From Eledone cirrhosa (taxonomy: Eukaryota): 64,000 nt of DNA. Positions 11,683 to 23,100 of this stretch are shown piece by piece (the first letter of the stretch is position 1; every line of letters begins with the position of its first letter). The notes below the pieces were generated by a model that made no database searches, had not been told where the DNA came from, and saw only the letters and a program-made list of their open reading frames with translations. The stretch spans positions 18,848,001 to 18,912,000 of the forward strand of contig OZ024752.1 of assembly GCA_964016885.1 (NCBI GenBank), in the 5' to 3' direction. Position numbers and translations under genes: made by a program.

Positions 11683-11905
11683 TTTTTACTGGTTTCAGTC
11701 ATTTGAGTAGGGTTATGCTGGAGCACTGTCTTAAAGGGTCCCGGTACTTATTTTTCTCAAGTCTAGTACTTATTTTATCGATCTGTTTTTTCTTGAACTG
11801 CTAAGTTATAAAACATAAACATAGACACATGTTTATATACAATAGACTTCTGTAGTTTGTGTCTCCCAAAATGTTCGTTTTCATATTTCACTCCCAAGGC
11901 AATGG
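11683..11905. mobile_element. Degenerate SINE-like interspersed repeat
   Basis: ACTGGTTTCAGTCATT...ATGCTGGAGCACTG...TACTTATT..ATCGATC...GAACTGCTAAGTT is shared with 58138-58270. Confidence 0.55.
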
Positions 11906-12129
11906 TTAACATCCTCAGCATCATTTAACACCTGTTTCCCATGTTAGCAAGGGTTGGTTGGGTTTTCATGGATTGAATCAGTACTGAAGCAGGGTTACTG
12001 ACCTGCCAGACAGAGAGGGGGTCTGCATCACCTATATGCCGTCTCAGACTCTACTGAGTACATTTTATCATAGCACTAGTAAGGTAGTCATGTCCTTAAC
12101 ACAATTGAAGGGTCCTTTCGACCTTTTGT

Positions 12130-12410
12130 TTGGCAAGCTTTCTATGGTTGGATTCCCTTTCTATCACCAACCTTTTTACAATATGTATTGGTGCAATACT
12201 CTTTTATGTTAAAATGCTTATATTTATTTAAAAATCCACCCTTTCTATGGCTGGATACCCTTCCTACCACCAACCACTTTACAGGGTGTACTAGGTGTAT
12301 TTATTGTGTTGATCACCAACACTAGGGAGGCTGTCATGTCCTTGACACAACTGATGGGTCCTCTCAACCCTTTCTTTGGCAAGCTCTCTATGGCTTCATA
12401 CCCTTCCAGT
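12130..12410 (-). mobile_element. Tandem fragments of the RTE 5' UTR-derived repeat
   Basis: TTTCTATGGCTGGATACCCTTCCTA.CACCAACCACTTTACAG motif, as at 1-92 and 7380-7440. Confidence 0.6.
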
Positions 12411-12734
12411 GTATATATTAAAAGGCACTTGCCCAAAGTACCACACAGTTGGATTAAACACTTACACACTTACAACACAAACTATTTCATTACACAGCCT
12501 TGTCTGTGCTTATAATTCTCTCTTCAGGTTTCCTTCATTTGACAACTTTCAGTGATTTAAAAGAATTCCCTCACTATCTTTAACATCGTTAGAGAATCCT
12601 AAGTATGGGGCCATTTTTGCTGTGTCACTTTCCTTCATGACGTGTGAAATGTCTAGTAGAAACATACAACAAAACCAATGATAGAGCTATGGTGATGGCA
12701 ATATTGATGATGATGATGGTTGTGCTGTTGGTAA

Positions 12735-13212
12735 TGTAAAGATGGTGGTAGTTGGTATTTGTGATGGTGATGGTTGTGGTGGTGGTAGTTGGTATTTGTG
12801 ATGATGGTGGTGGTAGTGGTGGTGGTAGTTGGTATTTGTGGTGGTGGTGGTGGTTGGTATTTGTGGTGGTGGTGGTTGGTATTTGTGATGATGATGGTGG
12901 TAGTTGGTATTTGTGATGGTGGTGGTGGTAGTTGGTATTTGTGATGGTAATGGTTGTGGTGGTGGTAGTTGGTATTTGTGATGGTTGTGGTGGTGGTAGT
13001 TGGTATTTGTGATGGTGATGGTGGTAGTTGGTATTTGTGATGGTAATGGTTGTGGTGGTGGTAGTTGGTATTTGTGATGGTGATGGTGGTAGTTGGTATT
13101 TGTGATGGTAATGGTTGTGGTGGTGGTAGTTGGTATTTGTGATGGTGATGGTGGTAGTTGGTATTTGTGATGGAGGTGGTGGTAGTTGGTATTTGTGGTG
13201 GTGGTGGTGGTA
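12735..13212. repeat. GGT-rich minisatellite (GGTGGTAGTTGGTATTTGTGAT plus variable GGT/GAT triplets)
   Basis: About 16 copies. The His/Pro/Thr-rich minus-strand ORFs are its translations. Confidence 0.93.
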
Positions 13213-13455
13213 GCAACTGAGGAGGTGAAGTAGAGACCAAGATGTTAGATGGTGTCTTTCATAAAGTTGATGATTTTTCAACTTTCCAAGATTACTTGTG
13301 AGAAACATAACTTCCTGCCAAATTCCTTTATGCACTTGACTAAGTAGATTCTATCTTAAACCTGAATCAATGTTCACACATGCACATACCACACACAAAC
13401 ACACACACACACTCTCTCTCTCTCATGATACATACTCAACCAATACTTTAATTTA

Positions 13456-13775
13456 CAGTGGAACCTCGCTTCATAAACTTAATTCATTCCTGAAGGCTGT
13501 TTGTCACCCGAAATGATTGTAAACTGAAACTCTTTTTCCCATATGAAATATTGAGAGAGAAACTGTGTGTAAGACAGATAGATATCACCATAGTAACTAA
13601 CTACAGAGCAAGTGATGCTTTCCCACCGTTACTTAGAGCTTGTTATCAACTGTTGTTGTTGGTTTGCGTGTTCATTATTCGAGACACTGTTTGTCACCTG
13701 AGATATTTTATGTTTGAAAAAATTGTTCGTGTACTGATTTGTTGGATTAGAGGTGTTTGGAACTGAGGTTACCTA
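13456..13775. mobile_element. Degenerate pogo/Tigger-like MITE
   Basis: TA|CAGTGGAACCTCG left end and a decayed ...TGAGGTTACCTA right end. Confidence 0.55.
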
Positions 13776-14045
13776 TAGACATACACTAACTTATGTACAA
13801 ACACTTACAAACATGTATCCATCTGCTTACCTCTGCTTCTATATCCAATTGTACAGCAACAGCAAACCATTTAAGGCCATTTTCCTTTGCTAAAGTAGGG
13901 GGTATCCATGAAATGTTTTATGTTCACCAGAACTCTTTCCAAATCAAAGGTTTATGGTCTGATGCCTTTCCTGGTGTCAACCCTTTTTAATCACTTCTTA
14001 TGACATGCAGAAATATTGTGTAACTGTTCTAAACCAGATATACAC

Positions 14046-14372
14046 ATGGCTTAGTGGTTAGAGCATTGGTCTTGCAATCGAAAGGTTGTGAGTTCAAATC
14101 TCAGACCGGGTGATGTGTTGTTTCCTTGAGCAAGATACTTTATTTCACATTGCTCCAGTTTACTCAGCTGTAGAAATGAGATGATAGGGACTTGGGTCCA
14201 TATCATTCCACTGCAAAGTGTTTGTGGAGGTGCCACGGCAAAAAAGCACCCAGCCCACACTGTAAATGAGGTTGGTGTTAGGAAGGGCATCCAGCTGTAG
14301 AAATCAAGCCAGAATCAGTTCCTATCCCACCCTTGCAAGCAGGGAAAAGCGGACATAAAAGGATGATGCTGA
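14046..14372 (+). mobile_element. tRNA-headed SINE with bipartite RTE-derived 3' region
   Basis: A box TGGCTTAGTGG, B box GAGTTCAAATC, then AAAAGCACCCAG...TGTAAA...GGTGTTAGGAAGGGCATCCAGC (RTE 5' UTR motif) and GCAAGCAGGGAAAAGCGGACATAAAAGGATGATG (RTE 3' tail). Confidence 0.85.
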
Positions 14373-14380
14373 TACATCAA

Positions 14381-14462
<82 letters not shown>

Positions 14463-14539
14463 ACGAAGGAAATGTGGTAAGGAACCAGGTGGACCATAAT
14501 GCACCAAAGTACTCAATACTTAGGGTAGTAGAGTGGGTA

Positions 14540-14634
14540 ATAGGAACGACTAGGACCCCGACGGCCAACTCTGGGCTAAGTCCAGAGTTGGCCGTCGGGG
14601 CGGCTTGAGCTCAGTCGTTGAGGTCCTACTCGTT

Positions 14635-14639
<5 letters not shown>
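14540..14639. repeat. GC-rich nested hairpin between microsatellites
   Basis: Perfect 19-bp stem 14556-14574/14582-14600, plus outer pairing ATAGGAACGA..TAGGACC / GGTCCTA.TCGTTCCTAT. Confidence 0.9.
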
Positions 14640-14678
<39 letters not shown>

Positions 14679-14768
14679 TATGTAAAAGGTGAACAGAAAT
14701 AATAAACTAAATAACAGAGTACATTGAAGAAATATATTAGTTTAACCCATGAAATAGCAGGAAGAGAG

Positions 14769-14804
14769 TCTTCACGTTTCAGATACTAGTCCTTCATCAG
14801 AAGA
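14769..14804 (-). ncRNA. Minimal hammerhead motif (probably inactive) in a PLE-like 3' end
   Basis: Minus strand TCTT-CTGATGA-AGGACTAGTATCT-GAAA-CGTG-AAGA. G occupies the cleavage position. A pyrimidine-rich tail runs into (TA)n at 14676. Confidence 0.65.
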
Positions 14805-15758
14805 TAGTTAGAAATAGAAGAGAAATGAGTGAGAAGGGAAAAGAATGGGGAAAAATGAGGAAATAAAAAGGGAGATAAAAACGCATGTGTAGTCAGTCAT
14901 TTTGGAGACGCACAGACACACACACAGACACATATATATACTAACACCAGTATATGCTGTTAGTAAGGGCATCCAGCTGTAGCAATCAGTCACACAACAG
15001 TTAAGCCTCAAATATCTGATGGCCATTAAGGGCAACATCACATATAATGCTACAATCAGAAGTAGAAAGGTGACCCCTATTAATACACTGCTCCCACATG
15101 TGGGGCAGTGTTGCTGTTAAACACACACACTCACACATATACACAGGCACACACATGTGGGGAAGTGTTGCTGTTAAACACACACACATACACTCTCACT
15201 CTCACACACACATGTGGGGCAGTGTTGCTGGTAAACACACACACACACGTAAACAGACGCACACACACACCCACACGTAAACTGACACACACACACACAC
15301 TCGTGTATACACATGCATACACATGTAAACACCTATACATACACCTACACACACACACATACATGCACACACATGCACACATACATACACACACATGTAC
15401 ACACATATATTCTCACACACATACACATGTATAGGTACACACACACACACCACACTCTTCCAATGGGAGGTCTATCTGGTTGATTACTGACTCCCCAACA
15501 CCTTACAACTGGCCTCCAGGTACACTTTTTCATATTTTTGCCTCATAAAGGGGTGGCTAGGAAGGCCTGTGTAGATTGGTATAGCAAGTACCTCTGCCCC
15601 CCCCCCCCCCCGAGTTTTAGCCACCTGGAACCACCTCTTGCTATGTTTTTGCTCTTGAAATATTAAAAGTGTCTATCAACAGTGTTAATCTTTGCTGTGA
15701 GGAAGGTTCTGTAAATGACATAGCTATTGCTTCTCCTCCCCCTGACACTAGGAGACAA

Positions 15759-15759
<1 letters not shown>

Positions 15760-15807
<48 letters not shown>

Positions 15808-16380
15808 GCTCATACACACACACACGCGCTCATACACACACACTCATACACACACACACTCTCATACACACACACACTCTCATACACACACACACACTCT
15901 CATACACACACACTCTCATACACACACACTCTCATACACACACACACTCATACACACACACTCTCATACACACACACTCTCATACACACACACTCTCATA
16001 CACACACACTCTCATACACACACACTCTCATACACACACACTCTCATACACACACACTCTCATACACACACACTCTCATACACACACACTCTCATACACA
16101 CACGCTCTCATACACACACGCTCTCATACACACACACACTCTCATACACACACTCATATACACACACTCTCATACACACACACTCTCATACACACACACA
16201 CACACGCTCATACACACCCACTCTCATACACACTCACACACATACACACACACACTCACACACTCACACACACACACGCACACACACATACACACTCTCA
16301 TACACACGCACTCTCACACACACTCTCACACACACTCTCTCACACACACACTCACACACACACTCACACTCACTCACACT

Positions 16381-16410
<30 letters not shown>
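15760..16410. repeat. (CA)n-derived compound repeat (CTCATACACACACA units)
   Basis: Read directly. Similar tracts at 15200-15450 and 58268-58518. Confidence 0.97.
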
Positions 16411-16413
<3 letters not shown>

Positions 16414-16530
16414 GCATATGTTCATATAAGAAAATATAAATAAAACCCCTATACACAGACACACTTATACAAATATATATACATATGTGCATGTACATAA
16501 ATATAGACATATCAATATATACCACTACCT

Positions 16531-16704
16531 ATGTGGGAGCCCCTACATGGACACACTGGAAGAGGAAGACCAAGGTTAACATATGTTGATGCCCTAAGCA
16601 CAGACATTGGTCTGTTGGGGACGCAGGACATGGCAGTGATAATGAGGGACAGAGACCGTTGGAGAGAACTCGTCCCTGGATCTCGGGAATTTTACCCGCC
16701 CTAG
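16531..16704 (+). mobile_element. 3' end of an RTE-group LINE
   Basis: Translates as MWEPLHGHTGRGRPRLTYVDALSTDIG...MRDRDRWRELV...*, the GRP..T/DR..WR C-terminal motif. Followed by (TA)n. Confidence 0.75.
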
Positions 16705-17299
16705 ATATATATATATATATATTATATATATATATATATAAGAGATGTTTCTTGGTTGGTTGGTTTAGTCACATGAAAATCACACACACATATGTCTGTG
16801 TATTTGTATGTCTGCATAATGCCAATGGGGGAGTAAGAGGGGGAGAGAAAGAAACAGAGAGGCAAAGTGAGGAAGTGGCTCTTTACTTCTCCTCCATCTC
16901 CTCATTCATCACGTTTTTCGATAGAGGGAGAAATGTAAATAGTGTGAGTGTGTTAGAGAGTGAAAGAAACAGACAAGACTAAAAGAGAGGAAGTGTTACA
17001 GAGGGTGAGAGAGAATGTGTGTGAGCGAGAGAAACACAGAGTGAGATAGATGAAGTTGAAAGAGAGGGGGATAGAGGGAGAGATTGAGAGGCTGTGTGTT
17101 TGATACTATATGTATGTTCTATAGGAGAAGTTGAAAGAAAGCCGGATCAAAAAGAAGGGGATAGTGGGAGAGAGAGAGAGAGATTGGCTGTTATAGTGGT
17201 TGTTAAAATGACATTTACAATCGACTACTATCTCAATAACAGTTATAACCATCAATATATATATATATAGAATCATTAGAACATCTGATTGATAAAAGG

Positions 17300-17850
17300 A
17301 CAAGTCAGTCAATCATATTGGTGGCCTCCCCACAGCCCCGGCAGACAGGATGGAGAAGGCATTTCCCTACAGGAGGCAAGGGAGACATGCTGGAAAAACC
17401 ATTCCAGCTCGCAATGCTCACACCTGTGGCTGATCGGCTCAGTGCTTATGGTGGTGAGTATGGAGGTAGCCCTAGGGCCGAGGACACCAGAAGTCTCCAC
17501 TGCCAGGGGTACAACTGCAAACCTGTCGGAGAGCGACTGGTATTTGAGCAGTTTGGCCCCCACAGCTCGACGTGCAGCAGAACCCGGGTTAGTCGCAGAC
17601 TGTACCAGGTTGCGGCTGCAGAAAGTGTGGCTGCAAGTGGCATCCCAGACGAGGGGTTTGCCACCGCGGAATGGGAAGAAGGTCATACCATCTGGCCTTT
17701 TGCTGTCCCCTCGGTCCAGCCCCACCGGCTGGAGCTGGGAAGGGAAGCCTGCAGCGTCCAAGCCACGATTAATGACCTCGTCGAGGGCAGCATGGTGTGG
17801 AAGGCGGCCGGCACTGTGGCGACAGGAAAGCGGGTGGAGGCCAAAAGTTT
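17300..17850 (-). mobile_element. CRE-clade non-LTR retrotransposon 3' fragment (restriction-like endonuclease)
   Basis: HPLSC...HHAAL...KRPDGMT...LVWDAT...KLLKY...VPLAVETSGVLGPRA...FQHVSLA in ORF 17309-17959. Confidence 0.85.
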
Positions 17851-18000
17851 GCGTGCGTGTGTTTGTGTGTGTGTCTGTGTGTGGCGTCCCACAATCGCCA
17901 TTTATTTTAATCACTCTTGTGAAGATATTCACGTAACTTTCACTCATTTTTTCATTCAATCCCCATTTTTAATTTTCAAAAAAGTTTCCGAGGAAAATCT

Positions 18001-18008
18001 TCTCTCTA

Positions 18009-18076
<68 letters not shown>

Positions 18077-18155
18077 TCTCTCTCTCTCATATTCTCTCTC
18101 TCACTCTCTCTCTCTCAATCTCTCAATTTCTGTCTCTCTCTCAATTTCTCTCTCA

Positions 18156-18207
<52 letters not shown>

Positions 18208-18358
18208 CTCTCTCTCACTACCTCTCTCTCTCTCTCTCTCTCTCTCAATCTCTCTCTCACTACCTCTCTCTCTCTCTCTCTCTCAATTTCTCTCTCACTC
18301 CCTCTCTCTCTCTCTCTCAATCTCTCTCTCACTACCTCACTCTCTTCCCCTCTCTCTA
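18001..18358. repeat. (CT)n microsatellite
   Basis: Read directly. Confidence 0.97.
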
Positions 18359-18399
18359 CAAGATGAGACGGGGTAGATGTAGATGATCAGTATTCTACA

Positions 18400-19140
18400 A
18401 TGAAGCAAAGACATGTACAGGTAGCCAGAGCAAGGTCACTAGAGACCCCTGCATCAACGACAGCAAAGACATGAAAACGACCAGAGGAGGGCTGCTACAC
18501 GCAGGGCCAATGAGTCGCAAGAGGCAAGGGAAAAACGGTTAGAACAATTACGTCAACAAAATGCAATCCACAGGAGCCAAGAGTCAAGAAAGGAAAGAAA
18601 AACGTTTAAAGGATGCAAGACAAAAAGGAAGATACATCAGTAGCAATGAGGCTTTTTGGCGCAACTTCAATTTTCATGAGAGGCACCCAGCCATCATTCA
18701 TCTGAGTGTCCATCTAGAGAATGGCCAAATGGTTATCTTTACAAAACAAACAACCTTGCAACAAGCACTTTCTCCAAAAGACAATACCTTTACTGCCTTT
18801 TTTTAAGTTGTGTCAAGAAGATGAAGATGCAAGAAAACTCCTTTACCTACAATTACCGAAGTATTACAGCTGGAGAATAAATGGCACAAGAGGAAACGTG
18901 GGGCTGACGATCTTGCAAGAGTTCACCCAAGCCAAGCAGAATGCTACTACTTATGACTCCTTTTGCATGAAGTACGTGGTGCGAAATCATTCCAAGATTT
19001 GAGGAGGCTAAACAGTCTTTATAGGGAAGCATGCTATCAACAAGGTCTTTTTAGAAAATGATGAGCATTGGGACCTTGTATTGACTGAAGCATCAGTGTC
19101 AGATTCTCCAAGCAAACTCTGTAACCTTTCTGCCATTATA
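18400..19140 (+). mobile_element. Helitron Rep/helicase gene fragment (frameshifted)
   Basis: GRYISSNEAFWR..FHERHPAIIHLSVHLENGQ, TAFFKLC..D..ARKLLY..LPKYYSW, HP...ECYYL*LLLHEVRGAKSFQDLR, YREAC...GLLENDEHW...L.EA motifs of the region preceding the Pif1 helicase. Confidence 0.88.
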
Positions 19141-20124
19141 CTGAACATGTGAAGAGCTGAGGGCCCTTGAACCCCAGGCTATTGCAATATCTGCTCCTTA
19201 TTCTAGTTGTGAAAAACGGGACCTTTGGCACCACACAGTAACGTCCTGTTTGGGGGTTGGTCCAGTTTTCAATGCAAAAGTTTGGTGCTAGTCCCTCCAG
19301 GATTTTCCATATGTATATCACTTCATATCTCTCTCGTCTTCGTTCCAAGGAGCAGAGTTTAAGTTATTTTAGCCTCTCCTGGAAGCTCATCTCCTTCATC
19401 GTCGCAATCCTCTTAGTGTAGCTTCATTGGATTGCCTCAAGCTCCATGGATAGTTTGATACTATGGGGTGACCACAGTTGGGAGCACTAGTCCAGTTAGC
19501 TTAGGACAAATGTACTCCATAGTGTCAACATGGTCTCTCGGTCTCTTGTCCAGAAAGTCCTCAAGACCCCAGCCAACGAGTCATCTGCACATTGTTGCCA
19601 CGCTCATGCTGTGCGAAAAAAAAAATGCATCGTTGCTCATGTCTATCCCCAGGTCTCGTATCGATTTCGGCATGGGGATATTGGTCCCTCCTGGTCCGGT
19701 GTAGCTGTGTTTTACTGTTTTTGTGTTAGCAGGTTGGTATTGTAGGGCTTAAAATTTTCCAGCATGAAACTGCATGTTGTTGTCCTCAGCCCATTTGTAT
19801 ATGGCATCCAGATGTTGTAAAAGGGCAGCATCAGCCAGGTTTTGATTGCCTGTGCTACCTTTGTGTCATCAGCATAGCTAGTTAGGGATGTTGTATGTAC
19901 TACAGAGAGCATGTCTGAGAGAGCCACCAAAAACAGTAGTGGTCCCAGGACTGTGCCTTGGGGCACGCCACTTGGTATTGATGTTTCCTTTGAGAGTGCC
20001 CCGTTTGCTGCGACTGTCTGGCTTCTGTCCTTTAAGAAGTCATGCAGCCACTCGCCTACTTTTCCAGTGATGCAGAGTCTGTGTAGTTTGTGACATATCA
20101 TTCCGTGGTTCACCTTGTCAAAGG
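19141..20124 (-). mobile_element. CR1/L2-group LINE reverse transcriptase fragment
   Basis: FDKVNHG...SGVPQGTVLGPLLFL...YADDTK and LERRRERYEVIYIWKILEGLAPN. Frameshifted and truncated at both ends. Confidence 0.92.
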
Positions 20125-23100
20125 TCCAATAGTATACCTATACAGCCTCCAATAGTATACCTACACAACCTCCAATAGTATACCTACACAGTCTCCAATA
20201 GTATACCTACACAGCCTCCAATAGTATAGTTACACAGCCTTCAATAGTATACCTACACAGCCTCCAATAGTATATACCTACACAGCCTCCAATAGTATAG
20301 TTACACAACCTCCAATAGTATACCTACACAGCCTCCAATTGTATACCTACACAGCCTCCAATAGTATACCTACTCAGCCTCCAATAGTATAGTTACACAG
20401 CCTCCAATAGTATAGTTACACAACCTCCAATAGTATACCTACACATCCTCCAATAGTATACCTACACAGCCTTCAATAGTATACCTACACAGCCTTCAAT
20501 AGTATACCTACACAGCCTCCAATAGTATATAACTACACAGCCTCCAATAGTATAGTTACACAGCCTCCAATAGTATACCTACACAGCCTCCAATAGTATA
20601 CCTACACAGCCTCCAATAGTATAGTTACACAGCCTCCAATAGTATACCTACACAACCTCCAATAGTATAGTTACACAGCCTCCAAAAGTATACCTACACA
20701 TCCTCCAATAGTATAGTTACACAGCCTCCAATACTATATCTACATAGCCTCCAATAGTATACCTACACATCCTCCAATAGTATAGTTACCCAGCCTCCAA
20801 TAATATACCTACATAGCCTCCAATAATATACCTACACAGCCTCCAATAATATACCTACACCGCCTCCAATAATATACCTACACAGCCTCCAATAATATAC
20901 CTACACAGCCTCCAATAATATACCTACACAGCGTTCAATAGTATACCTACATAGCCTCCAATAGTATACCTACACAGCCTCCAATGGTATACCTACACAG
21001 CCTCCAATAGTATACCTACACGGCGTAAAATAGTATAGTTACACAGCCTCCAATAATATAATAACAGTCTCCAATAGTATACCTATACTGCCTCCAATAG
21101 TACAGTTACTGAGTCTCCAATAGTATACCTCCACAGCCTCCAATAGTATAGTTACACACCCTCCAATAGTATAGTTACACACCCTCCAATAGTATAGTTA
21201 CACAGCCTCCAATAGTATAGTTACACAGCCTCCAATAGTATACCTACACAGTCTCCAATAGTATACCTACCCAGCCTCCACTAGTATACCTACACAGCCC
21301 CCAATAGTACAGTTACTGAGTCTCCAATAGTATGCCTCCAATAGTATAGTTACACAGCCTCCAATAGTATAGTTAAACAGCTTCCAATAGTATAGTTACA
21401 CAACCTCCAATAGTATACCTACACATCCTCCAATAGTATACCTACACATCCTCCAATAGTATACCTACACAGCCTTCAATAGTATACCTACACAGCCTTC
21501 AATAGTATACCTACACAGCCTCCAATAGTATATACCTACACAGCCTCCAATAGTATAGTTACACAGCCTCCAATAGTATACCTACACAGCCTCCAATTGT
21601 ATACCTACTCAGCCTCCAATAGTATAGTTACACAGCCTCCAATAGTATAGTTAAACAGCCTCCAATAGTATAGTTACACAACCTCCAATAGTATACCTAC
21701 ACATCCTCCAATAGTATACCTACACAGCCTTCAATAGTATACCTACACAGCCTTCAATAGTATACCTACACAGCATCCAATAGTATATACCTACACAGCC
21801 TCCAATAGTATAGTTACACAGCCTCCAATAGTATACCTACACAGCCTCCAATAGTATACCTACACAGCCTCCAATAGTATAGTTACACAGCCTCCAATAG
21901 TATACCTACACAACCTCCAATAGTATAGTTACACAGCCTCCAAAAGTATACCTACACATCCTCCAATAGTATAGTTACACAGCCTCCAATACTATATCTA
22001 CATAGCCTCCAATAGTATACCTACACATCCTCCAATAGTATAGTTACCCAGCCTCCAATAATATACCTACATAGCCTCCAATAATATACCTACACAGCCT
22101 CCAATAATATACCTACACCGCCTCCAATAATATACCTACACAGCCTCCAATAATATACCTACACAGCCTCCAATAATATACCTACACATCGTTCAATAGT
22201 ATACCTACATAGCCTCCAATAGTATACCTACACAGCCTCCAATGGTATACCTACACAGCCTCCAATAGTATACCTACACGGCGTAAAATAGTATAGTTAC
22301 ACAGCCTCCAATAATATAATAACAGTCTCCAATAGTATACCTATACTGCCTCCAATAGTACAGTTACTGAGTCTCCAATAGTATGCCTCCAATAGTATAG
22401 TTACACAGCCTCCAATAGTATAGTTAAACAGCCTCCAATAGTATAGTTACACAACCTCCAATAGTATAGTTACACAACCTCCAATAGTATAGTTACACAA
22501 CCTCCAATAGTATACCTACACATCCTCCAATAGTATACCTACACAGCCTTCAATAGTATACCTACACAGCCTTCAATAGTATACCTACACAGCCTCCAAT
22601 AGTATAGTTACACACCCTCCAATAGTATAGTTACACACCCTCCAATAGTATAGTTACACAGCCTCCAATAGTATAGTTAAACAGCCTCCAATAGTATAGT
22701 TACACAACCTCCAATAGTATAGTTACACAACCTCCAATAGTATACCTACACATCCTCCAATAGTATACCTACACAGCCTTCAATAGTATACCTACACAGC
22801 CTTCAATAGTATACCTACACAGCCTCCAATAGTATATACCTACACAGCCTCCAATAGTATAGTTACACAGCCTCCAATAGTATACCTACACAGCCTCCAA
22901 TAGTATACCTACACAGCCTCCAATAGTATAGTTACACAGCCTCCAATAGTATACCTACACAACCTCCAATAGTATAGTTACACAGCCTCCAAAAGTATAC
23001 CTACACATCCTCCAATAGTATAGTTACACAGCCTCCAATACTATTCCTACACATCCTCCAATAGTATAGTTACCCAGCCTCCAATAATATACCTACATAG

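Noticed and set aside
12549-12652. Possible minus-strand terminal exon (acceptor TTTCTACTAG, ISHVMKESDTAKMAPYLGFSNDVKDSEGILLNH*)
   Set aside because: No recognisable homology or partner exon. Could arise by chance and needs RNA-seq.
12625-13335. His/Pro/Thr-rich 236-aa and 195-aa ORFs
   Set aside because: Triplet-based minisatellite open in several frames, with no domain or splice evidence.
14046-14110. tRNA gene
   Set aside because: Has A/B boxes but no proper acceptor stem and continues into a SINE body. The same applies to 5205-5277.
15669-16443. His/Thr-rich ORFs
   Set aside because: (CA)n-derived repeat.
17289-18376. Plus-strand 215-aa and 352-aa ORFs
   Set aside because: Antisense shadows of the GC-rich CRE fragment, extended by the (CT)n tract.
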